NCBI GenBank assembly: GCA_000997385.1
Contig: LCBT01000001.1
Span: 49,707-113,706, forward strand
DNA length: 64,000 nucleotides
Direction of reading: 5' to 3'
From: Candidatus Daviesbacteria bacterium GW2011_GWA1_41_61
GTDB taxonomy: Bacteria; Patescibacteriota; Microgenomatia; Daviesbacterales; UBA10151
In this document: piece by piece, positions 17,787 through 26,312 of the stretch
Layout: each line of letters opens with the position of its first letter
Position numbering within the stretch: the stretch's first letter is position 1
The notes under the pieces: generated by a model
The model's database searches: none
Seen by the model: the letters and a program-made list of their open reading frames with translations, nothing else
What the model was told of the DNA's origin: nothing
Program-made: the position numbers and the translations under genes

Positions 17787-18215
17787 TTACTTCCTTTCTC
17801 CTAATACTTCCGGTATTAAAGTGAGTATATCTCTTTCTAATTCTTCTGGAGTTGCGGAACCATGAATTGCATTATATAAATAGTTTTCCGCATAAAGACC
17901 CCTCAAACCAGCCCCTTCCCTATTACTAAGTTTAGTATAACCTATGAGATTTCTTGTTCTTTGTATGGCATTTTCACCCTTTAGAAGCAAGACCTCCGAT
18001 TCTCCAGATGTTAGATAACTTTCAATTAAAGGCATAAGATGTCTTTCTCTCAATTTACCAGTTATTGTACGAGCTTGTTCCATAGTTAATTGAAGGATCT
18101 TTTTATATATTATTTCTAATCCAGCATCAATAAAGGCTTGTTCTATCACCGGAGCCAAACCTTTATTCATAGTATCTGGTTTAATCATCGCTAATGTTAA
18201 TTCATGCTCGCTCAT
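17787..18215 (-). CDS. ndk: Nucleoside-diphosphate kinase
   Basis: TLAMIKPD, GENAI..R.LIG.T, LRG.Y, NAIHGS (phospho-His). Confidence 0.9.
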   Translation of the reverse strand: MSEHELTLAMIKPDTMNKGLAPVIEQAFIDAGLEIIYKKILQLTMEQARTITGKLRERHLMPLIESYLTSGESEVLLLKGENAIQRTRNLIGYTKLSNREGAGLRGLYAENYLYNAIHGSATPEELERDILTLIPEVLGERK

Positions 18216-18262
18216 AACTTAGTATTATAGGATAACGTACGTTTATTGTAAAATTGCCGATC

Positions 18263-18287
18263 GTTGACCTTATTTCATAAGGTCAAC
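18263..18287. other. Perfect inverted repeat, 11-bp arms
   Basis: GTTGACCTTAT-TTC-ATAAGGTCAAC. Confidence 0.8.
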
Positions 18288-18341
18288 TGGGTGTTTTGTA
18301 TGGTCCATTTAATAAATGGATAGGATCAAAAAAGATAATTT

Positions 18342-18725
18342 ATGATAAAAGCGATTTTTGGGAAAATAGGAGGAGTCTTAATATTGAGCAGGCGAAAACA
18401 AGTTTTAGAGGATTGGTCAAAGAAATTCAACATAACTTCAGATTATTTGGTTAAAGTTGAGGCAAAACAAATAGATATAAGGTTAGTAACCAATAGAGTG
18501 GTATATTTTCTTGAACACCTGGGGAAAGGATTGTTGGGAATACCCGATCCTATTAAAAGAGCTGCAGCTTGGAGCACTGTTTTTACTGAACCACCAACCT
18601 ATGAAGATTTAGTTTCTAGAACCGCGAGATTACGCAGTCACATCAAGCTAATCTCCAAGGCCAAAAATGCCAAATCTCTTACAGTGGGCTCACCAGGACT
18701 CGAACCTGGGGCCTTTGCAATGTGA
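18342..18725 (+). pseudogene. Chimeric remnant: HAD-like N-terminus fused to a probable recombinase C-terminus that reads into tRNA-Val
   Basis: MIKAIFGKIGGVL resembles HAD motif I without its Asp. YFLEHL...VFTEPPTYEDLVSRTARL...KSLTVG resembles, from recall, C-termini of CPR tRNA-adjacent site-specific recombinases. The last codons are antisense tRNA. Confidence 0.6.
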
Positions 18726-18758
18726 ATGCAACGCTCTAACCAACTGAGCTATGAGCCC
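18685..18758 (-). tRNA. tRNA-Val(CAC)
   Basis: Reverse complement GGGCTCA-TAGCTCAGTTGGTTAGAGC...TTGCA-TTCACAT-TGCAA...GGTTCGAGTCC...TGAGCCC-A. Confidence 0.97.
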
Positions 18759-18820
18759 AACAACACATTTTACCATCATACCTCTTGTCTTACAAACCTA
18801 ATCATTAGATAATATTAAGT

Positions 18821-19432
18821 ATGGATAATAATCTAAACCCTTATAGTTTAGAGTTTGACCCTGAAGGCCAGTCTTTGGGGGACAGAATAAAAAATAACTT
18901 AGTTGAACTTATTGAATTTATCGCCATTATCGGCGCTATTTTAGTAGTAGTGAGATTTTTTGTAGCTGAACCTCATAAAGTCTCCGGAAGCTCAATGGTT
19001 CCTAACTTCCACGATGGAGACTATATTATTACCAATAAAGTAGCCACCCAAATTTCCCAGCCCCAAAGAGGAGAGGTAATCATTCTAAAAAACCCCCGCA
19101 ATATGGATCAAGTCTTTATCAAAAGAGTCATTGGTTTACCAGGAGACCGGGTTATGGTAAGCGGAGGTAAGGTCTATATTAACGGGCAACCCACAGCGGA
19201 ACTCTATTTACCAAAAGGCACTAGGACTTATGGGGGAGCATCTCTCTCTGAAGGTGAGGAGCTGACGGTTCCTCAAGGCCGTTACTTTATAATGGGGGAT
19301 AACCGGGGAGGAAGCTCTGATTCCCGGGAATGGGGTACCATTGGTAAGGACTTAGTAGTAGGCCAAGCTTGGCTCAGATATTGGCCTCCTCAACAGTTTA
19401 CCCTCATTCAAGTGGACAAACCTTCCAGCTAA
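18821..19432 (+). CDS. lepB: Signal peptidase I
   Basis: SGSSMVPNF, FIKRVIGLPGD, GDNRGGSSDSR. Confidence 0.95.
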   Translation: MDNNLNPYSLEFDPEGQSLGDRIKNNLVELIEFIAIIGAILVVVRFFVAEPHKVSGSSMVPNFHDGDYIITNKVATQISQPQRGEVIILKNPRNMDQVFIKRVIGLPGDRVMVSGGKVYINGQPTAELYLPKGTRTYGGASLSEGEELTVPQGRYFIMGDNRGGSSDSREWGTIGKDLVVGQAWLRYWPPQQFTLIQVDKPSS

Positions 19433-19455
19433 AAACTTAAGAAAGATCAGATAAT

Positions 19456-20307
19456 CTAGGCGGCACGGAAGTAGTTATTAATGGCTTCAGTGATCATCCT
19501 CATCATCTCGCTGGTTTTATCAGGTTCACCTGGTAACTTAATTTCCAGTTTGGCCTCATTACCTTTAAGGACATATTTAACTGCTGCTCTTCTCTCCTCT
19601 ACCGAAAGAGCATTGGCTAGACTCTCCTGAATCCGGTCAACTTCCTCACTAATAATATGAGTATCAGGCCTAACACCCTTGCCTACTCTAATCCCGTGGC
19701 GGGAACGCATTCTCCTAGCCAGTTCTTCCGCCCCCCTGACTGAAAGGTTTTTACGCAGCACTTCTTTATAGGCTTCAATAATTATATGAGGATCTTCTAA
19801 AGCAGCTAACGCCCTAACATGCCCTTCAGTTGTCTGCCCCGACATTAAAGCATCTTTTAAAGCATCCGGAAGGATTAACAAACGGATGGTATTGGAAATA
19901 TAAGCCGGACTTTTACCCACCCTCTGGGCAATATCAGCATTGGCCAATCCAAACTCATCCATCAGTCTCCGGTAAGCCTGAGCCCGTTCCAAAGGATTTA
20001 AATCCTGTCTTTGGACGTTCTCCACGATAGCCATCTCCAACATCCCTTGAGGAGAAGTTTCTTTAATAACTACCGGAACTCTGGTTAAACCGATGAGCTT
20101 GGAAGCCCTCCATCTTCTTTCTCCGGCAATAATCTGAAATCCAGCTGGAGTTTTAGCTATCACTAACGGTTCTAAAACACCATGCTCACGGATAGACTCA
20201 GCTAACTCGGCTAAAGATTCAGCCGTAATTAAACCACGGGGTTGCAAAGGATTAGGCTCAAGAAGGTTTATGTCCAATTCAAAGACCTGATCAATAGGAT
20301 TATCCAT
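19456..20307 (-). CDS. parB: ParB/Spo0J partition protein
   Basis: PNPLQPR, IIAGERRWRA, VENVQRQDLNPLE and HTH. Confidence 0.95.
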   Translation of the reverse strand: MDNPIDQVFELDINLLEPNPLQPRGLITAESLAELAESIREHGVLEPLVIAKTPAGFQIIAGERRWRASKLIGLTRVPVVIKETSPQGMLEMAIVENVQRQDLNPLERAQAYRRLMDEFGLANADIAQRVGKSPAYISNTIRLLILPDALKDALMSGQTTEGHVRALAALEDPHIIIEAYKEVLRKNLSVRGAEELARRMRSRHGIRVGKGVRPDTHIISEEVDRIQESLANALSVEERRAAVKYVLKGNEAKLEIKLPGEPDKTSEMMRMITEAINNYFRAA

Positions 20308-20548
20308 GCACTTTAACGATCTGACGACCTTTTCTTCTGGTAAATTCTACTTGTCCTTCAGTTACTGCATAGATGGTAAAATCATTGCCTCTTTTGGTCC
20401 CTTCTCCGTCATTAAAATGAGTGCCTTTCTGGCGGATAATAATATTTCCTGACGTCACCATTTCCCCACCAAAACGTTTGACTCCCAATCTTTTGGAAAC
20501 AGAATCCCGATTAGTTTTAGTTGTTCCGCCTGCTTTTGTATGAGCCAC
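20300..20548 (-). CDS. rpmA: 50S ribosomal protein L27
   Basis: MAHTKAGG..NRDS..KRLGVK..GNIIIRQKGT; GTG start. Confidence 0.97.
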   Translation of the reverse strand: MAHTKAGGTTKTNRDSVSKRLGVKRFGGEMVTSGNIIIRQKGTHFNDGEGTKRGNDFTIYAVTEGQVEFTRRKGRQIVKVHG

Positions 20549-20549
20549 G

Positions 20550-20654
20550 TTTTTTATCCTACCTTTCTGCCTCTATAATCCTTAAGGATAAAAAAGGCAA
20601 GGTTCTGATGTCTGAACTGTAAAATATTAGATACAGCGAAGACATCAGGTCCTT
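20550..20654 (-). promoter_or_regulatory. Structured rplU-rpmA intergenic RNA (long hairpin plus start-proximal stem)
   Basis: Hairpin 20599-20654; 11-bp complementarity between 20550-20560 and 20585-20595. Confidence 0.5.
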
Positions 20655-20685
20655 ATAGTTAGTTTAACTTCTGTGAAAAGAATTG

Positions 20686-21015
20686 TCAATCTTTATTATT
20701 TTTCACGGGTTTACCTTCTTCTGCTAATCTTATCCTACTGACTTCCCGACGGGAGCCTATCACTCTCCGGTAGTTAGCCTTAGCCTTATAAGTAGCAACT
20801 CTAACTTTTGGTTTCTTTAGATGTTCCAAAACTTCAAAACCAACACTCTTTTTAAGATAGGGCTTGCCAACTTCTACTTTAGAATCATCTACCGCCAATA
20901 AAACTTTATCCACTACCAGGGTTTTAATATCTTCAGACAACTTATCCACTTCCACCACTTCATGGGGTTTAACCAGATATTGCCTTCCTCCTATTTGACA
21001 GACTAGGTATTGCAT
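20686..21015 (-). CDS. rplU: 50S ribosomal protein L21
   Basis: MQYLVCQIGGRQYLV...VGKPY...YKAKANYRRVIGSR; start corrected to 21015. Confidence 0.93.
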   Translation of the reverse strand: MQYLVCQIGGRQYLVKPHEVVEVDKLSEDIKTLVVDKVLLAVDDSKVEVGKPYLKKSVGFEVLEHLKKPKVRVATYKAKANYRRVIGSRREVSRIRLAEEGKPVKNNKD

Positions 21016-21040
21016 ATGACAAATTTTACCCTGAGTAGGC

Positions 21041-22120
21041 TTAAGTGTCAATGGAAGGAACATGCCTTATTCCAAATCTGGCTACTGAAACGATAAAGCT
21101 TAAAGAGATGAGGGTTGAAATCAAAGAGCTCCCCCCATAAGAGAGAAGCGGCAAAGTGATGCCGGTGACCGGTAAGGAGCCAATGTTCATACCAATGTTG
21201 ACCACAATTTGGAAAAACAGCATCCCTAATACCCCAAAGATTAATAAACTGCCAAACCTTTCATGACTAAGCCTGATGATGATCAAACTCCGGAAAATCA
21301 GAGTTCCATACAAAGCCAGCACTATCAGTGAACCCAAAAAACCAAACTCTTCCGCCATGGAGGCAAACATAAAGTCAGTCCGGTATTCAGGTAAAAAACG
21401 CAACCTTGACTGGGTACCATGACCCAAACCCCTTCCCCAAAAACTACCCGAACCCACAGCAATTTTTGATTGAATAACATTATAGCCTGTCCCCAAAGGA
21501 TCTTGATCAGGAGAGATAAAACTCATAATTCTCATCTTTTGGTAGTCTTTTAAAAAGAGCCACCCTAAAGGGGTTAGTACTGAGGAAACCAAACCCATAG
21601 CTAAAAGTTTCAGCCAAGAAATATTTGCTCCTACAACCATCATGAGCCAAATCATACCTAAGGTTAGAGAGGTTCCTAAATCTGGTTGTTTAAATACCAA
21701 AGCCAAAAAAGGGAGAACTATCAAGCAACTTTTAAGAATATTTTTCCAAGAAGGCAAGTGGGTTACCCAAAAGTTAGCTAAAAAGATTATTAGCACTGGC
21801 TTGGCCATCTCTGAAGGTTGAATTTGTACCGGACCAAGAGGGATCCACCGGAGCGATCCTCGTGTCTCAATGCCTAAAATAAAAACGATAACCAAAAGCA
21901 CCAAGGTTATAATATATAAATAAAGGGCATAATGTTGATAGTAGTGATAGTCTACAGAAGACAGAAACCAATAAATCAATAAGCCAATTAAAGCAATCAA
22001 GGTTTGTTGTAAAGCCAGCTGAGGGTCAGAGGAGTAAATTACTAAGATACCCAAAGAAAGCAGAAAAATAATTGGCAGGGTAATTAACAAATCAGGAATC
22101 AAGCTTATCCTTTGGCCCAT
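21041..22120 (-). CDS. rodA: Rod shape-determining SEDS protein RodA
   Basis: QPSEMAK, QPDLGT, GYNVIQSKIAVGSG, PEYRTDF, GITLPLLSYGGS. Confidence 0.93.
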   Translation of the reverse strand: MGQRISLIPDLLITLPIIFLLSLGILVIYSSDPQLALQQTLIALIGLLIYWFLSSVDYHYYQHYALYLYIITLVLLVIVFILGIETRGSLRWIPLGPVQIQPSEMAKPVLIIFLANFWVTHLPSWKNILKSCLIVLPFLALVFKQPDLGTSLTLGMIWLMMVVGANISWLKLLAMGLVSSVLTPLGWLFLKDYQKMRIMSFISPDQDPLGTGYNVIQSKIAVGSGSFWGRGLGHGTQSRLRFLPEYRTDFMFASMAEEFGFLGSLIVLALYGTLIFRSLIIIRLSHERFGSLLIFGVLGMLFFQIVVNIGMNIGSLPVTGITLPLLSYGGSSLISTLISLSFIVSVARFGIRHVPSIDT

Positions 22121-22128
22121 TTTTTACT

Positions 22129-25038
22129 TTAAAGAACCTCAATCTTTAGTTGATCCCCATAAGTCAGATCAACGCTATTGGTTTGGCTTAAAACCATTTG
22201 AAACAGCTGTTTATCTTCAGGGATAAAAGGTGAGACAACTCTAACTTTGTCCTTTAAAGTCAACCCGGCTTCTTTTCTTTGCTGTTGGATCTGCCTAATT
22301 AACTCCCTGGCCTCACCTTCAGATTGAAGAGAAGGAGTAATATTTGTATCTAATTTACCTTGAGGCTCTTTTTCTGAAGACTTTTGGTATTCAACTTTCT
22401 TGACATTCAATTCATCCGCTAAAATCTTCTCCAGATCATCACTTAATTTTTCTGGTAAATAGTAAGTAAACATCTGTAAGGGTTGGCGAAGTTTGATACC
22501 GGCCTTTTTCCTTAAAGAATGCCCAATTTCTGCCAATTTTCTGACCTGATCCATATTCTTTATAAGTTGATCATCAATAAAAGCCTCATCTGATTGAGGA
22601 TAATCAGCCAGATGCACCGAAGTCTCACCTGTTAAGTTGCGGTACATCTCCTCAGCTACAAAAGGTATAAAAGGTGCCAAAAGTTTGCTTAAAGCCACAA
22701 AAATATGGTAAGCAGTATTTAAAAAGACCTCCTGATCTTCTGGGTTAGCAGCCGCCCCCACCCGATCCCTGGATCTTCTGATATACCAAGTAGACAAGTC
22801 ACTCACCACAAAGTCCTCAATCGCCCGGGAAGAAGTCATCGCATCATACTTTTCTAAATTTTTATTTACCAATAAAGCTAACTGATTCAATTTAGCTACA
22901 ATCCATCGGTCTAAAATTGTGAGTTTTACAGTGTCCAGATTCTTCTTTTTTGTTATCTCCCACTCAGACAAGAGGGCATATTCAACAAAAAATTTATAAC
23001 AGTTCCATAATATTAAATAAAACCTTCTTCTAACTTCATCAGCAACATTGAAACCAAAATGTAAATTATGTTCTGGATTTTGAGTAACATAAAGCCACCT
23101 CATCACATCAACTCCAATCTTGTCTGCAGCCTCATTAAATTCAATAGCATTGCCCTTAGATTTATGCATCTCTTCCCCCCTTTCATCCATCACCATGGCA
23201 TGTCCAAGTAGGTTTTCAAAAGGATTAGTCTTTTTTAAAGCCGTACTCATAGCAATCATGGAGTAAAACCAATTCTTAAACTGACCCGGGAAAGCTTCAG
23301 TGACAAAGTCTGCCGGAAACCAGTCCTCAGGAAGTGTCGAAAAAGGCACAATTCCGGCATCTAACCAAGGGTTGCCTACGTCAGGGATTCTGGAAGTTAA
23401 TTCCCCGCAGTTACCGCATTTAATCTTTATTTCATCAATCCAGGGTTTATGGGGAGAATGACCTTCAAACTTTTCCCAACCCTCTAAAGCTTTCTCCTTC
23501 AACTCCTCTTTACTACCCACCGTCTCAAAATGCCCGCATTTTAGGCACTCCCAAATAGGTAAAGCTAAACCCCAATATCTCTTTTTAGAGATTAGCCAAT
23601 CGTGCATATTTTTTAACCAATCTAGCTCTCGATCTAATCCCCACTTAGGAAGCCAAATAATTTTTTTTGCTACCTCTATCATTTGTTCTCTATAAGTTTG
23701 ACCTGACTCATCTTTCCTATCCATCTCAATGTACCATTCATCAACAACTCTCCATACAAGTTCCGTTTGACATCTCCAACAAGTAGGATAACGGTGAGTA
23801 TAAGGCACGACATCAAACAAAAATTTTCCTTCTTGACAGCTTTTTAGAAAATCAATAATTAATTCTGGGTTATTCTTGGCATTTTTCCCTGAAAAATCAT
23901 CCATACCATCTAAATAATTTGCTCCCTCATCAATCACTTCAATGATAGGTAACTTATTTTTCTTACCCAACTGGAAATCTTCAGATCCTGCACCAGGAGC
24001 AATGTGAACTAACCCAGTGCCTTCTTCGTCAATAACCGGTAAGATAACAGGATCTGTAGCGATAACCTGATGTTGATAACCAGAAAGTGCTTTTTGAACA
24101 CGAGGCAAATGATCAAATGGAGAGCTATACTCTAAACCCACCAACTCAAGACCCTTTAAGTTCTTCAAAATATCTAATTTTAATCTAGCCACTGCTTCTT
24201 TACCTAAGTAATAAATATTACCCTTAACCTTACCAGTTGCAGCCACATAATCTTTACCGGGATCTACAACCACAGCCACGTTGGCAGGAAGTGTCCAGGG
24301 AGTTGTAGTCCACACCAAAATGTATTCATTCTCTTTCCCCACTATTGGATACTCAACAAAAACTGAATCATGAGTTAACTCTTTATATTCTTCAGTTAAA
24401 ATTTCATGTTGAGAAATCGCTGTACCACATCTTGGACACCAAGGTACACTATCATATCCTTTATATAGCCAACCTTTTTCGTTTACCACTTTAAGGAAAT
24501 TCCAAATGGCATAATTATTCTGCTCAGAAGAGGTGTGATAAGAATGCTCCCAATCCATAAAGTATCCTAATCTTTTAGATTGTTCAGTTTGGATACTTGA
24601 GTACTTTTTGACTCTCTCCTTACAAAGATTGACGAACTTTTCAATTGAGGCAAATTTATCTCCAGGAATAAGATTTTCAATATCTTTTTTATCTTTTAAC
24701 CCTAAATCTTTCTCTACACCCACCTCTACCCAAAGTCCCTGCTCATCAAAACCATTCTGGAACCTCTGGGCAAAGCCCCGCATATTATAAAATCTCTGCC
24801 ACAGATCTTTATAAGTCCTTCCCCAGGCATGGTGAACACCCATGGGGTTATTAGCAGTTATTGGACCATCAAGGAAAGAAAATTTTTTGTCTGAAGAATC
24901 ATTTTTGTGAAGATATTTCTCCACAATTCCCTCTTTACCTTCTTCAGAAGGCAAGCTTTGCTTATACCAATAGTCTAAAAGTTCTCTCTCTAAAGCTGGA
25001 AAATCAACTTGTGATGAAACAAGCTTAAATCTTGTCAT
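22129..25038 (-). CDS. ileS: Isoleucyl-tRNA synthetase
   Basis: DGPITAN..GVHH (HIGH), WTTTPWTLP, GTGLVHIAP, DWLISKKRYWG, EMHKSKGN (KMSKS), WYIRRSR. Confidence 0.95.
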   Translation of the reverse strand: MTRFKLVSSQVDFPALERELLDYWYKQSLPSEEGKEGIVEKYLHKNDSSDKKFSFLDGPITANNPMGVHHAWGRTYKDLWQRFYNMRGFAQRFQNGFDEQGLWVEVGVEKDLGLKDKKDIENLIPGDKFASIEKFVNLCKERVKKYSSIQTEQSKRLGYFMDWEHSYHTSSEQNNYAIWNFLKVVNEKGWLYKGYDSVPWCPRCGTAISQHEILTEEYKELTHDSVFVEYPIVGKENEYILVWTTTPWTLPANVAVVVDPGKDYVAATGKVKGNIYYLGKEAVARLKLDILKNLKGLELVGLEYSSPFDHLPRVQKALSGYQHQVIATDPVILPVIDEEGTGLVHIAPGAGSEDFQLGKKNKLPIIEVIDEGANYLDGMDDFSGKNAKNNPELIIDFLKSCQEGKFLFDVVPYTHRYPTCWRCQTELVWRVVDEWYIEMDRKDESGQTYREQMIEVAKKIIWLPKWGLDRELDWLKNMHDWLISKKRYWGLALPIWECLKCGHFETVGSKEELKEKALEGWEKFEGHSPHKPWIDEIKIKCGNCGELTSRIPDVGNPWLDAGIVPFSTLPEDWFPADFVTEAFPGQFKNWFYSMIAMSTALKKTNPFENLLGHAMVMDERGEEMHKSKGNAIEFNEAADKIGVDVMRWLYVTQNPEHNLHFGFNVADEVRRRFYLILWNCYKFFVEYALLSEWEITKKKNLDTVKLTILDRWIVAKLNQLALLVNKNLEKYDAMTSSRAIEDFVVSDLSTWYIRRSRDRVGAAANPEDQEVFLNTAYHIFVALSKLLAPFIPFVAEEMYRNLTGETSVHLADYPQSDEAFIDDQLIKNMDQVRKLAEIGHSLRKKAGIKLRQPLQMFTYYLPEKLSDDLEKILADELNVKKVEYQKSSEKEPQGKLDTNITPSLQSEGEARELIRQIQQQRKEAGLTLKDKVRVVSPFIPEDKQLFQMVLSQTNSVDLTYGDQLKIEVL

Positions 25039-25076
25039 ATGGCTAATTCTAACAGAAAAACTATCACGAGGCTAGA

Positions 25077-26243
25077 TTAGTTATTTCTTCTTAAAAAGGC
25101 GGGGATGTTAAAACGGGACTGCTCTTCATCATCCTCAGCTATAACTGGATCATCTGCCTGAGGAGATACCTGGGTATCATCTGAAGTACTGCTACTGCTG
25201 CTATAACTTCCTCCCAAACCTTTATTTAAATTAAGCTGAGGAATGGGGCTGGGAGCAGGACTACCCATAAACTCTCTAAATCTAGCCCTGGTACTATCAA
25301 AACCTGTAGCAATAACGGAAATCTTCAGCTGATCTATTTGATCCTCTTTAATAGTTGCCCCAAAGATAATATTGGCATCCGGGTCAGCAGCGGCAGAGAT
25401 AATCTTGGCAGCCTTATCCACCTCTTCCATGGTCAAATCATGACCACCAGTGATGTTGAAAAGAACTCCTTTGGCCCCTTCAATAGAAATTTCTAAAAGC
25501 GGTGAGGCAATGGCCATTCTGGCTGCCACCTCAGCCCTATTCTCTCCCCCTGCCTGCCCAATCCCCATTAAGGCTGAGCCGGCACTGGTCATAATGGTTC
25601 TAACATCAGCAAAATCAACGTTAATTAGGCCTGGAACAATAATTAAATCAGAGATTCCCTGTACTCCTTGACCTAAAACTGAATCCGCAGTCTTAAAAGC
25701 ATCCTGTAAGGTCATATTTTTATCAAAGACATCCAGCAGTCTTTGGTTAGGAATAACAATTAGGGCATCAACTTTGTCTTTGAGCTCTTCTAAGCCTTCT
25801 TCAGCGACTATCATTCTTCTAGTACCTTCAAAGTTGAATGGTTTAGTCACTACAGCCACCGTCAAAGCCCCAATCTTTTTAGAAATTGAAGCTGCAACGG
25901 AGATAGCTCCAGTTCCTGTGCCTCCTCCCATACCAGCAGTTAAAAAAACCATATCCGAATCTTTTAAAATATCCTCAATCTTCTGGGCTGATTCTTCAGC
26001 TGCCTGCTTACCAATGGAAGGATTACCTCCAGCTCCCAGACCCCGAGTTAAAGCTTCACCAATCTGAATTTTAGTAGGAGAGGGATGAGCTAAAAGGGCC
26101 TGGGCATCGGTATTAATAGCTATAAACTCAATACCTTGAATCTGCTGAAGGTTGATCATCGAAGATAAGGCATTACTGCCGCCACCGCCAATACCAATAA
26201 CTCTGATCTTAGCAAATTTCTGGACATCAGGCTTAATTAACAT
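25077..26243 (-). CDS. ftsZ: Cell division protein FtsZ
   Basis: GGGTGTG signature, NVDFAD, C-terminal IPAFLR. Confidence 0.98.
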   Translation of the reverse strand: MLIKPDVQKFAKIRVIGIGGGGSNALSSMINLQQIQGIEFIAINTDAQALLAHPSPTKIQIGEALTRGLGAGGNPSIGKQAAEESAQKIEDILKDSDMVFLTAGMGGGTGTGAISVAASISKKIGALTVAVVTKPFNFEGTRRMIVAEEGLEELKDKVDALIVIPNQRLLDVFDKNMTLQDAFKTADSVLGQGVQGISDLIIVPGLINVDFADVRTIMTSAGSALMGIGQAGGENRAEVAARMAIASPLLEISIEGAKGVLFNITGGHDLTMEEVDKAAKIISAAADPDANIIFGATIKEDQIDQLKISVIATGFDSTRARFREFMGSPAPSPIPQLNLNKGLGGSYSSSSSTSDDTQVSPQADDPVIAEDDEEQSRFNIPAFLRRNN

Positions 26244-26312
26244 AAACAGCTACTTTGGGCAGATTCTAACAATATTTTTTTATTTTGTCGAGTCCCCCTA
26301 CAATTACAAAAA

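Larger units (their letters stand above)
11500..18690. mobile_element. ~7.2-kb island integrated at the 3' end of tRNA-Val
   Basis: 8-bp direct repeat AGTGGGCT at 11500-11507 and 18683-18690; probable recombinase remnant reads into the tRNA; homologous tail at the distal end; cargo looks more AT-rich than the flanks. Confidence 0.8.
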
